Shown one piece after another: positions 1-8,429 of a stretch of 15,158 bases of DNA. Location of the stretch: assembly GCA_031431875.1 (NCBI GenBank), contig JANPEF010000069.1, positions 1 to 15,158 on the forward strand, given 5' to 3'. Positions within the stretch are counted from its first letter, which is position 1. Each line of letters begins with the position of its first letter. Under the pieces are notes generated by a model that saw nothing but the letters and a program-made list of their open reading frames with translations, was not told the origin of the DNA and did no database searches. The position numbers were made by a program, and so were the translations under genes. Source of the stretch: Candidatus Eiseniibacteriota bacterium. GTDB lineage: Bacteria > Eisenbacteria > RBG-16-71-46 > DASYSL01.

Positions 1-7
1 TTGCGCC

Positions 8-1321
8 ATGATCCTGCGCCTGCTTCGCCTCCTCCTCGTCCCGCTCAGCGCCCTGAGTCTCCTCACGGCCCCCGTCCTGCCGGCGAAGGCGGCGGCGCTC
101 TGCGACAGCACGACCAAGCGCCTGATTCCGCTCACCGAACTTGGCGCTGCAACGTACGCCGGGCAGGCCGGCGGACTGTATCCCGGTGGAGTCAACGCGA
201 TGCCCGCCGCGCATCTCGCCGCCGGGCTCGCGCGTGCGGCGACGATCGCGCCGCTCGACACGCTCGGCGTGCCGTCCGCGGCGGGACGCATCGTCGTGCT
301 CAGCGTCGGCATGTCGAACACGACCCAGGAGTACTCGACGTTCATTCCCCTGGCCAACGGGTCGGGCCTCAAGAATCCGCGCGTGCTGCTCGTCGACGGG
401 GCGCAGGGCGGACAGACGGCGGCAGTCTTCGCCAATCCGAATGCGAATGCTTGGGCGGTGATCGAGTCCCGGCTGGGTGCGATGGGCGTTCGCGCGGCGC
501 AGGTGCAGGCGGTCTGGCTCAAGGAGGCGAACGCGGGGCCGACGCAGGGATTCCCGACGGCGGCGCAGATCCTGCGCGACGACTTGCGGGCCGTCATGCA
601 GAACCTGCACGCGAAGTTTCCGAACCTGAAGCTCTGCTACCTGAGCAGCCGCATCTACGCCGGCTACGCCTCGACCGGGCTCAACCCCGAGCCCTACGCC
701 TACGAGTCGGGATTTGCCGTGCGCTGGTTGATCGAGGAGCAACTGTCCGGCAGCCCGACGCTCAATCCCGATTCGACCGCGGGCCCCGTCATGGCCCCGT
801 GGCTTGCGTGGGGTCCGTACCTGTGGGCCGACGGACTCATGCCGCGCGCGGACGGGCTGACCTGGGAGTGCGCGGACTTCAGCACGACCGACGGCACGCA
901 CCCGGCGACGAGCGGTCGCGACAAGGTCGCGCAGAAGCTCCTCGCCTTCTTCACGACGGACGCAACGGCGGCGCCGTGGTTCTCGCTGCAGAACGTCGCC
1001 GTCGATCCAGATCCGGCCGGCGCAGCCGGTCCGCGCGGTCTGCGGATCCAGACGCTGTGGCCGAACCCGGCGCGAACAGCGCTGTACGCCCGGGTCGATG
1101 CGCCGCACGCAATGAGCGTCGGCGTCGAGCTCGTCACGGTCGACGGCCGAATCGTCCGACGGCTCGCCGCGACCCAGCTCGCGCCCGGTCCGAACACGCT
1201 GGGCTGGCCGAACCTGGCCGATGACGAAGGCCGTTTGCTGCCCCGCGGGGTGTACTTCCTGCGGATCCGGGACGAGGCTGCGCGACTGTGGGGCACGCGG
1301 GGGTTCGTCTTCGCGCCGTGA
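8..1321 (+). CDS. Secreted SGNH/GDSL-like hydrolase with C-terminal FlgD-Ig-like / T9SS-type sorting domain (437 aa)
   Basis: N-terminal signal peptide (MILRLLRLLLVPLSALSLLTAPVLPAKAAA). Block I-like GMSNT and block V-like DGTHP motifs. The C-terminal WPNP...VELVTVDGRIVRRL...LAPG...W...D.EGR.LP.GVYFLRI pattern is typical of FlgD-Ig/sorting domains. Confidence 0.65.
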   Translation: MILRLLRLLLVPLSALSLLTAPVLPAKAAALCDSTTKRLIPLTELGAATYAGQAGGLYPGGVNAMPAAHLAAGLARAATIAPLDTLGVPSAAGRIVVLSVGMSNTTQEYSTFIPLANGSGLKNPRVLLVDGAQGGQTAAVFANPNANAWAVIESRLGAMGVRAAQVQAVWLKEANAGPTQGFPTAAQILRDDLRAVMQNLHAKFPNLKLCYLSSRIYAGYASTGLNPEPYAYESGFAVRWLIEEQLSGSPTLNPDSTAGPVMAPWLAWGPYLWADGLMPRADGLTWECADFSTTDGTHPATSGRDKVAQKLLAFFTTDATAAPWFSLQNVAVDPDPAGAAGPRGLRIQTLWPNPARTALYARVDAPHAMSVGVELVTVDGRIVRRLAATQLAPGPNTLGWPNLADDEGRLLPRGVYFLRIRDEAARLWGTRGFVFAP

Positions 1322-1324
1322 GCT
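1254..1324 (+). repeat. 71-bp direct repeat, copy 1 (3' end of the hydrolase gene including its stop codon)
   Basis: 65/71 identical, ungapped, to 5712..5782. Confidence 0.95.
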
Positions 1325-1365
1325 TGTCATGGGCCAGCTGCCGGGGCGGCTGGTGGGGATGAACG

Positions 1366-2352
1366 TCAGCCATCATCCATGAGCGGCTCGAGGCCGAGGT
1401 GGGCCCGCACATGCCTCTGTTTCCAGCGCAGCATCGGCTGCGCCCGGATCCGCGCCTGCAGCGCGCCGTCGGTGGTGAGCAACTCGGGCCGGAGTTCCCC
1501 GCGCTGGAGAAATGTCTCAAGGAACGCGCGCTCCCCGGTTCCGAAGGCAAGCAGCTGTCTCACCGCCGGCGCGAGAGCCTCATCGAGCAAAGCGCTCAGA
1601 GCTCGAGCCTCGATCGCCGGCTTCCCCGCGGAAGTGCGCAGGAGAGGCACGAGCTGGTGCCCCACGTCGTGTCGGCTCAGGGGCGTCAAATCCGGGGATC
1701 GATCGCGCACATCCTCGCGCGCGCCCGCGACCAGGACGACGAAGGCAGCACGGAACCCGGCGTCGGCAAGCAGCCCGGGTCGTTCGTCGAGCAGCCGCGC
1801 GGCGTCGTAGCGGTCGCGGGCGACGGAACGGCTCACGAGAGCCGCAAACTTGCCGGCGGCGAGTTCCTCGAGGGAGTATGTCGTGACCTCGGATCCGGTC
1901 AGGCCCTCCACGACCACCCGACGACGAATGGTCCCGAGGATCGGCACTCGCATGACGTAGTTCACGTCGAGCTCGAGATTCTGTTCGCCACCGAGCAGGC
2001 TCGGGAAGCGCAGCCGGAACTTCCCTCCGGCATGCTCGGACGGTTCGCGCAGCACCCGGCAGCCGGCAAGCTGGACCGCATGGATCAGCCGCCGCTCGAA
2101 CTCCGGCCGAAGCCCCTGCAGCTCTGCCGCCGTGCAACGGCCAATGAAGTTGAGGTCGATGTCGACCGAGAGGCGAGGGAGCTCGAGCCAGAACAGGTTG
2201 AGCGCCGTTCCGCCCTTGAGTGCGTAGCGGTCCGCGACGCCCTCCTCGACCTCGATGCGTTCGAGAAGGTCGACGAGGCGCAGGACTTTCTCGAGGGCAT
2301 CGGCCCGGAATCCGAGCTCGCGGGCGCGCGTCTCCAAGTCAGATCGCGTCAT
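1366..2352 (-). CDS. abiEii: AbiEii-family nucleotidyltransferase toxin (type IV TA / abortive infection), 328 aa
   Basis: Motifs YALKGGTALNLFW..LPRLSVDIDLN, ELDVNY, and LEELAAGKFAAL..R...RDRYD. Overlaps the upstream antitoxin gene by 14 bp. Confidence 0.92.
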   Translation of the reverse strand: MTRSDLETRARELGFRADALEKVLRLVDLLERIEVEEGVADRYALKGGTALNLFWLELPRLSVDIDLNFIGRCTAAELQGLRPEFERRLIHAVQLAGCRVLREPSEHAGGKFRLRFPSLLGGEQNLELDVNYVMRVPILGTIRRRVVVEGLTGSEVTTYSLEELAAGKFAALVSRSVARDRYDAARLLDERPGLLADAGFRAAFVVLVAGAREDVRDRSPDLTPLSRHDVGHQLVPLLRTSAGKPAIEARALSALLDEALAPAVRQLLAFGTGERAFLETFLQRGELRPELLTTDGALQARIRAQPMLRWKQRHVRAHLGLEPLMDDG

Positions 2353-3145
2353 CGGCTCCGCCCCCCGGTTGCCCCCCCGCCCATTCGGCGGGCACCACCA
2401 GGTTCCAGCGCGGAACCAGACTACCCGGCCGACTTCGATCGAACGAGACGGGACCTCGCGGGCGGCGCTTCTCCAGGCGCTCGAGGAGTGATTCCGGGAC
2501 CAGCCAGCGCTCGCGCGCGGCCTCGAGGAGATAGCCCAGACGTGCGATCAGCACCGGACGAAGGATGTGCTGGAGCAAGCGCTCGAGCTCGCGCAGGTCG
2601 AGGACCTCGAGGGCGGCGACGGATCGCAGGATCTCCTCCACTCCACCGCCCAACTCCGGGCGATCGAGCACGTCGAGCAGGGTTCGTTCCCGCGTGGTGA
2701 CCCGCACGTCCCCGTCGGGCCGACCCCTGGTCTCGACCCCGTCGAGCGGAGCCGCGGCATAGCCGGCGCGCGGGCGCACGGGGACATAGCTCGTTCCTGC
2801 GTGGCGAAGCTCGCGGACCCTGGTCCATGTGCAGAAGTAGAGGCGCTGATAGGAACTCTGGGCGTAGCCGTGCAGCTCGAGGGCTGTGTGGAATGCGAGA
2901 ACGGCGTCCGGGGCCACGCGTCCGGCCAGCGAGTACGGATCGACCGGAGGCGAGTTCGCCTCGTCTGTCGAGTCGACGCGGACGTAGAGGCCTTTGCGCA
3001 GGCGGCGGACGCGTCCAGATCCACCCCAGCGCACAAGGTGACTGTCGAGCGTTGCCGGGGACCGTTGCCCGGGGACGCCGAGCGCGGCCGCCATTTCCTC
3101 GCGGGTGAAGACTCTGTGCCCGTGCAGGAATTCAGCTGGGTTCAT
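2339..3145 (-). CDS. abiEi: AbiEi-family antitoxin / transcriptional regulator (~268 aa; alternative start 3154)
   Basis: C-terminal part of the listed 911-aa ORF, starting MNPAEFLHGHRVFTREEM. wHTH-like N-terminus (GRVRRLRKGLY), LAFHTALELHG, and VRVTTRERTLLDVLDRPELGGGVEE. Directly upstream of abiEii. Confidence 0.9.
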   Translation of the reverse strand: MNPAEFLHGHRVFTREEMAAALGVPGQRSPATLDSHLVRWGGSGRVRRLRKGLYVRVDSTDEANSPPVDPYSLAGRVAPDAVLAFHTALELHGYAQSSYQRLYFCTWTRVRELRHAGTSYVPVRPRAGYAAAPLDGVETRGRPDGDVRVTTRERTLLDVLDRPELGGGVEEILRSVAALEVLDLRELERLLQHILRPVLIARLGYLLEAARERWLVPESLLERLEKRRPRGPVSFDRSRPGSLVPRWNLVVPAEWAGGQPGGGADDAI

Positions 3146-3204
3146 TGCATTCATCCCCCGGAACCGGCTTAAACATGCCGGATCAGGGGATCGAATGCAA
3201 GAAC
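3140..3204. promoter_or_regulatory. Long imperfect inverted repeat over the abiEi start and promoter; probable AbiEi autorepression operator
   Basis: Arm 3140-3168 GTTCATTGCATTCATCCCCCGGAACCGGC versus the reverse complement of 3177-3204 GTTCTTGCATTCGATCCCCTGATCCGGC, with an 8-nt spacer. Confidence 0.65.
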
Positions 3205-3288
3205 AAGACTCTCTCTGTCCGGCGCGGATTTCCTCGTAAGTCACCGGGGCGTCGCGCTTTGGCCAAGCCCGGCCGCCTCTCCGCAGAG

Positions 3289-3294
3289 TAGTCT
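3289..3294 (+). promoter_or_regulatory. Putative -10 element (TAGTCT) of a leaderless kinase transcript
   Basis: TANNNT hexamer 7 nt before the ATG at 3302, with no Shine-Dalgarno sequence. Mirrored by TACACT (6318-6323) 9 nt before the paralogous ATG at 6333. Confidence 0.45.
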
Positions 3295-3301
3295 GCCCGC
3301 C

Positions 3302-5617
3302 ATGCCCCTCACCCCCGGCACCCGCCTCGGCACCTACGAAATCCTCTCCCCGCTCGGCGCCGGCGGCATGGGCGAGGTCTACCGCGCGCGCGACACGCGC
3401 CTGGGCCGCGAGATCGCGGTCAAGGTGCTGCCCTCCGAAGTGGCCGCATCCCCGGATAGCCTCGCCCGCTTCGAGCGCGAGGCCCGCACCGTCGCCGGCC
3501 TCAACCATCCGAACATCGTCACGCTGTTCTCGGTCGAGGACGAAGGTGGCGTGCGCTTCCTCACCATGGAGCTGGTCGAGGGTCAGACGCTCGTCGACCT
3601 GATGACGCCCGGAGGGCTGCCTCTCGCCCGCGTGCTCGAACTCGCGATCCCGCTCGCCGATGCCCTCGTCGCCGCGCACGAGCGCGGCGTCATCCATCGC
3701 GACCTCAAGCCCGGCAACGTGATGGTCACGCGCGAGGGCCGGGTGAAGGTGCTCGACTTTGGGCTCGCGAAGATGGCGGACAACGCGGACAACGCGGCCA
3801 ACGCGGAGGAAGCGGCGGCGTCGAACGCGCAAACGATCGCCGCCCCCCTCACGGGCGCCGGCGAAGTGCTCGGCACCATCCCCTACATGGCCCCGGAGCA
3901 GCTGCGCGGCGAGACTGCGGATGCTCGCTCCGACCTCTTCGCTTTCGGCGTGCTGCTCTACGAACTCGCCACCGGCCGCCGGCCATTCACCGGAGCCAGC
4001 TCCGCCGAAGTCGGCTCCGCCATTCTTCGCGACACGCCCGAGCTGCTGACCCGCGTCCGGACCGACCTCCCGCAGGATCTCGAGCGCGTCGTGAGCCGCT
4101 GCCTGGAGAAGAACCCGCGCGAGCGCATCCAGTCGACGCTCGACGTCAGCAACGAGCTGCGGCGGCTGCGCAAGGCCGCCGAACGCGGCACGCCCGGGAC
4201 GCCGGCCGCTCCGGACAAGGTCGCCTCGATCGCCGTGCTCCCGTTCGTCAATCGCAGCGCCAGCGCCGACGACGAGTACTTCTCCGATGGCCTGGCCGAC
4301 GAGCTGCTCAACGTGCTCGCCCGCATCCGCGGCATCCGCGTCGTGGCGCGCACCTCCGCGTTCCAGTTCAAGGGAACGAAGGACGACATCGCCACGATCG
4401 GCCAGAAGCTGAACGTCGCCACCGTCCTCGAAGGCAGCGTGCGCAAGGCTGGCAATCGCATCCGGGTCTCCGTGCAGCTGGTGAACGTCGTCGATAGCTC
4501 GCACCTGTGGTCCGAGACCTACGACCGCACCCTCGACGACATCTTCGCCGTGCAGGACGACATCGCGCAGTCGGTGGTGAAGGAGCTGCGCACCTCGCTC
4601 CTCGGCGAGGCGCCGGACTCGGATGCGAGCGGCCAGGCGAAGGCCGAGGTGGCGCAGGCGGCGAAGGGCCGAGCCACCAACCCCGAAGCGCATCGGCTCC
4701 TCCTGCTGGCGCGGCACCTCTTTGATCGGTTGACGCGCGAGGACTTCGCGAAGGGGATCGAGTACCTGAAGCAGGCGGTCACACTCGACCCCGAGTTTGC
4801 GGGGGCCTGGGTGGAGCTGGGCGGGGCGCACACGAGCGAGGCGGACTACGGCTGGGTCCCGGCGGTCGCGGGGCATGCGCGGGCCCGGGAGGATGTGGAG
4901 CGGGCGCTGGGGCTGGAGCCAGACCTGGCGGAGGCGCATGCGACCGTGGCGTGGACACGGATGATGCACGACTGGGACTGGGCCGGCGCGGAGGCATCGA
5001 TTCGCCGGGCGATGGAACTGGCGCCGGCAAGTTCCCAGGTGCTTCGCAGCGCTGGCTCGCTGGCTCGCAAGCATGGCCGTCTCGACGAGGCGATCGACTT
5101 GTTTCGCCGGTCCCTGGAGCAGGACCCGTTGAGTTCAGCGACCTCCCACAACCTGGGGATGGCGCTCGATCTGGCCGGTCGTTTCCGGGAGGCGGAGGAG
5201 ATGTATCGGCGGGCGCTGGAACTCAGCCCGCAGAGACTTGTCACGCATTCCACGCTCTCCCTCGTCCTGCTCGCCCAGGGCCGACCCGAGGAGGCGCTGG
5301 CGGAAGCGACACGGGAGCCGGAGGCTGCGTTTCGCCTCTGGGTCCTGGCGATCGTTCACCACGGCATGGGCCACGAGGCGGAGTCGGACGCGGCGCTGCG
5401 GGAACTGACCGAGAAGTACGCGGAGGACTTCGCGTACCAGGTCGCCGAGGTGCACGGAGCCCGCGGGGAGGTGGACGCCGCGCTCGAGTGGCTGGAACGA
5501 GCGCACGCGAAGCGAGACTCCGGGCTCACCGAGATGAAGGGCAGCCCGCACTTGCGGTCTCTCCACGGCGATCCGCGGTGGAGCGCATTCCTGAAGAAAA
5601 TGGGACTCGAGGACTGA
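3302..5617 (+). CDS. Hanks-type Ser/Thr protein kinase with TolB-like domain and TPR repeats (771 aa)
   Basis: Kinase motifs [35 protein letters not shown]. TolB-like segment [11 protein letters not shown]...[10 protein letters not shown]...[23 protein letters not shown]-type helices follow ([20 protein letters not shown]). Confidence 0.95.
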   Translation: MPLTPGTRLGTYEILSPLGAGGMGEVYRARDTRLGREIAVKVLPSEVAASPDSLARFEREARTVAGLNHPNIVTLFSVEDEGGVRFLTMELVEGQTLVDLMTPGGLPLARVLELAIPLADALVAAHERGVIHRDLKPGNVMVTREGRVKVLDFGLAKMADNADNAANAEEAAASNAQTIAAPLTGAGEVLGTIPYMAPEQLRGETADARSDLFAFGVLLYELATGRRPFTGASSAEVGSAILRDTPELLTRVRTDLPQDLERVVSRCLEKNPRERIQSTLDVSNELRRLRKAAERGTPGTPAAPDKVASIAVLPFVNRSASADDEYFSDGLADELLNVLARIRGIRVVARTSAFQFKGTKDDIATIGQKLNVATVLEGSVRKAGNRIRVSVQLVNVVDSSHLWSETYDRTLDDIFAVQDDIAQSVVKELRTSLLGEAPDSDASGQAKAEVAQAAKGRATNPEAHRLLLLARHLFDRLTREDFAKGIEYLKQAVTLDPEFAGAWVELGGAHTSEADYGWVPAVAGHARAREDVERALGLEPDLAEAHATVAWTRMMHDWDWAGAEASIRRAMELAPASSQVLRSAGSLARKHGRLDEAIDLFRRSLEQDPLSSATSHNLGMALDLAGRFREAEEMYRRALELSPQRLVTHSTLSLVLLAQGRPEEALAEATREPEAAFRLWVLAIVHHGMGHEAESDAALRELTEKYAEDFAYQVAEVHGARGEVDAALEWLERAHAKRDSGLTEMKGSPHLRSLHGDPRWSAFLKKMGLED

Positions 5618-5672
5618 TCCCGGGCGGAGCCCGAGTTGTAAAGCCCGGAGGGACCGTCCTCTTCCCTGGAGG

Positions 5673-5707
5673 TGTGTACGTTCTGTACACAACGTACGGA
5701 CCGTACG
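5673..5707. promoter_or_regulatory. Array of four GTAC palindromic cores at 9-bp period (orphan operator-like site)
   Basis: GTAC at 5676, 5685, 5694 and 5703, forming the palindromes TGTGTAC-N5-GTACACA and CGTACGG-A-CCGTACG. Confidence 0.45.
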
Positions 5708-5711
5708 CACA

Positions 5712-5782
5712 ACTTCCTGCGGATCCGGGACGAGGGAGCGCGACTGTGGGGCACACGAAGGTTCGTCCTCGCGCCGTGAGCT
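5712..5782 (+). repeat. 71-bp direct repeat, copy 2 (orphan 3' end of a hydrolase gene allele)
   Basis: Encodes FLRIRDEGARLWGTRRFVLAP* versus FLRIRDEAARLWGTRGFVFAP* in gene 8..1321; 6 mismatches. Confidence 0.95.
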
Positions 5783-5798
5783 GATCGAAGTCCTTGGC

Positions 5799-6152
5799 TC
5801 ACTGCCGCAGGATCTTCTCCATCGCCTTGCCCCGGGCGAGCTCGTCGATCAGCAGGTCCAGGGATCGGATCTTCCGCATCAGGGGGTCTTCGACCTCCTC
5901 GACACGGACGCCGCACACGACACCCTTGATGAGTGCGCTGTCGGGATGGAACTTCGGCGCCTTCGCGAAGAAGGTCTCGATGTCCGACTGAAGCTCGAGC
6001 TGCTTCTTCAGGCCCGCCGCGGTGTAGCCGGTCAGCCAGCGGATGATCTGATCGGCCTCCTCCTTCGTCCGACCCTTCTACTCCGCCTTCGCCACGTAAT
6101 GCGGATACACCCCCGAGAACGTCATCGTGTAGATCCGGTGCTTCGTCGGCAT
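5799..6152 (-). pseudogene. DUF2200-family protein with in-frame amber stop at 6078-6080
   Basis: Reads [42 protein letters not shown]...ETFFAKAP...[44 protein letters not shown]. The frame continues intact after the TAG. Confidence 0.85.
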
Positions 6153-6332
6153 GGTCGGTCTTCGGACGTCTCGTGTGGCTTCGTCATCGAGCGACTCGTC
6201 TTCGGCCGCGGTAGCGTCATCATCCTGTAAGCCGCCGCTGCCTGCAAGGCGGGGCCAGCCGAGCGCCTGACGCGACACCGGGCCTTACATCCCGCGCACG
6301 CCCGCCCCCCTTCCGGGTACACTCCCGCCTCC

Positions 6333-6533
6333 ATGTCCCTGACCCCCGGCACGCGCCTCGGCACCTACGACATTCTCTCCTCCCTCGGCGCCGGCGGCAT
6401 GGGCGAGGTCTATCGCGCCCGCGACACGCGACTGGGGCGTGAGATCGCGATCAAGGTACTGCGCGCCGACGTCGCCGCCTCGCCGGAGAGACTCGCCCGC
6501 TTCGAGCGCGAGGCTCGCACCGTCGCCGGGTAG
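6333..6533 (+). pseudogene. Truncated Ser/Thr kinase (first 66 codons only), paralogue of 3302..5617
   Basis: 57/66 aa identical to the N-terminus of the intact kinase. Similarity stops abruptly at ARTVAG, followed by TAG and unrelated lower-GC DNA. Confidence 0.92.
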
Positions 6534-7149
6534 ATGGTCTCGGTACCACGGGATACTTAGCCATCTACTTGAAAGGGCGATTACAAATGAGGACTACGAC
6601 ATGGCTAGATGCACAGCACCAGTATATGGACATCGCACATCAAGTGGGGCAGCGGCCTGCCCCGCATGTGGTAGCCGCTCTCGCGGCTACGGGCCATCTC
6701 CCTCCTCCTCGTCGGGGAGCAGTGGGAGGAGCTGGGGTGGCCGGAGCAGCATCGGCGGGTCCGGCAGCGGCGTGAGGCCGCGCTGGTCACGAGTAGGTTC
6801 GTCCAGTGTCTACACGCCTGCCGAGGTGCGGACGCTCACGCCGGTCCGTGGAAACGTCGAGAAGCGAGCGTCCGAGCCTGACCTTCGAGATGTATTTCTT
6901 TGCCACGCGTGGGACGACCGGAAAGGGGCCGCCAAGGAGCTCCACGATCTGCTCGAGTCGCGCGGGGTCTCGGTTTGGTTCAGCGACAAAGACGTCCTCC
7001 TCGGCGCGTCGTTGCTCCGCGAAATCGATAAGGGATTGGCGAAGTCGCGAGTCGGGATCGTGCTGGTGACCCCGGCGCTGTTGCGCCGCCTCGCAGCAGA
7101 GGGCATCGCCGACAAAGAGCTTTCGGCACTCTTGGCGCGTGATCTGCTA

Positions 7150-8252
7150 CTGACACCTGCATTAGTAACGTCCTATCCAAGGCGTGAGAAGAGCGGCGTG
7201 GCGAGCAGGAAGGACCTCAGCAGGTCGGGCCGGCACCGGATCTGGATGAAGTGCCGCTTCGCGCGATCGGCCAGGAGGAACGCGTCGGTTGCCGGATGGT
7301 TGGCGAGCGGGTTCATCTTCAAGTATGCCCAGAGCATTTCGACCGGGTTGAGCTCGGGTGCGTAGGGCGGGAGGAACTCGAGGTGAACACGCCCGGAGCG
7401 GTCGAGAGCCTCGCGCAGTTCGTTGGCGCGATGAGCAGCAAGGCGGTCCCACACGACCACGAGGGGCCGTTGCAGGTGGCGGCGCAGATCGGCAAGGAAG
7501 CGTCGGAAGTGACCAGCCTTCGCGTTCTCACCCGGCAGCAGGGCAAAGTAAAGTCCTACGCGCCGTTTGCTCGGCGAGAGCGTGAGCGCACCGATGACCG
7601 AGACTTTGTCGTGGGACCGCGTGCGCTGGTAGAGGATCGGCGTCTGGCCGCGCGGCGCCCAGGTGCGGCGCACCAGGGGCGCCATCAAGAGCCCGGTCTC
7701 GTCGATGAAGACCAGACTCGCGTTCAGCCGGCGGGCTTTTTTTTAACGCGCGGCCACACGGCTTTGACCCACGTCCGAATGGCCTCCTCGTCGCGCTCGC
7801 GCGCACGCCGCTCAGGCTTCTGCGGACTCCAGCCAAGGGCATGAAGGAGTCGACCGACATGATCCACGTGGTACTCGACACGGAAGCGCCGATCGATGAG
7901 TTCAGCGACGCGCGGACACGTCCACAGGTCGGTCGGAAAGCCGTGGGCAAGAGCGCCACGCAAGAGCGCCTTCTCGAGTCGAGCGCGTTCCGCCGCGCTC
8001 AGCTTCGACGGTCGACCGGGGGTTGGGAGCGCACGAACTCCGGCGCGCCCCTCGGCATCGAAGCTCGCACGCCAACGTCGCACGGAGCGACGATCGACAC
8101 CCACCCGACGAGCAACTTCGACGGGCAGCAGGCCTTCCTTCAGCAGATCGAGCGCGCGCAGGCGGCGGCGCTCCAGTTCGACGGGACTTCCGGACGGGCG
8201 CATGGGTTCCCTCCCGTCCAGGAGTATGGGACATTGCTTATGCAGGCGTCAA
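7150..8252 (-). mobile_element. IS630-family insertion sequence (1103 bp)
   Basis: Imperfect terminal IRs CTGACACCTGCATTAGTAACGTCC and (reverse complement) TTGACGCCTGCATAAGCAATGTCC. TA duplicated at 7148-7149 and 8253-8254. The reconstructed target is CTAG. Confidence 0.95.
7173..8203 (-). CDS. IS630 transposase made from two ORFs by a probable -1 frameshift (HTH ORF 7724..8203 plus DDE ORF ending at 7173)
   Basis: OrfA has HTH/winged-helix motifs (WTCPRVAELI, LLHALGWSPQKP). A8G slippery run (T8 at 7737-7744 on the + strand). The -1 frame gives VFIDETG...VVVWD...LPPYAPELNPVE, the DDE triad. Confidence 0.92.
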
Positions 8253-8429
8253 TAGTTCCCATCGTGCACGACACGACGTATGAAGCTCTCCGCGAAGTCA
8301 GCCCCCTGCTCGGCTCGCGAAGTGGCCTGAGCACTGCAGAAGAGCCGATGGCAGACGTCGCGGCCAAGCTCGCGGAGCTAGTCACAATCTAAATTGAGCG
8401 CATCGTGTTCAGTTCCCCGGGACTGTGCG

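Larger units (their letters stand above)
6601..8392 (+). pseudogene. TIR-domain protein (228 aa when reconstructed) interrupted by IS630: join 6601..7149 + 8255..8392
   Basis: GAGGA RBS before the ATG at 6601. TIR motifs DVFLCHAWDDRK, VSVWFSDKDV.LG, IDKGLAKSRVGIVLVTP and KEL. Removing the IS and one TA restores the frame ...ARDLL-VPIVHDTTYEALREVSPLLGSRSGL...VTI*. Confidence 0.9.

Noticed and set aside
2339..5074. 911-aa minus-strand ORF as a giant antitoxin fusion
   Set aside because: The upstream ~640 aa is the antisense shadow of the kinase gene. The real abiEi begins at 3145/3154.
5711..5782. Diversity-generating retroelement template/variable repeat pair with 1253-1324 (5 of 7 mismatches are A in copy 2)
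   Set aside because: Two mismatches are at non-A positions, the repeat includes the stop codon, and no reverse transcriptase is in the window. A diverged allele explains it more simply, though a genome-wide DGR RT search would settle it.
6439..7365. 308-aa ORF as a complete TIR protein
   Set aside because: Its start lies in the kinase stub and its C-terminus is read-through into IS630. The true gene is 6601..7149 plus 8255..8392.
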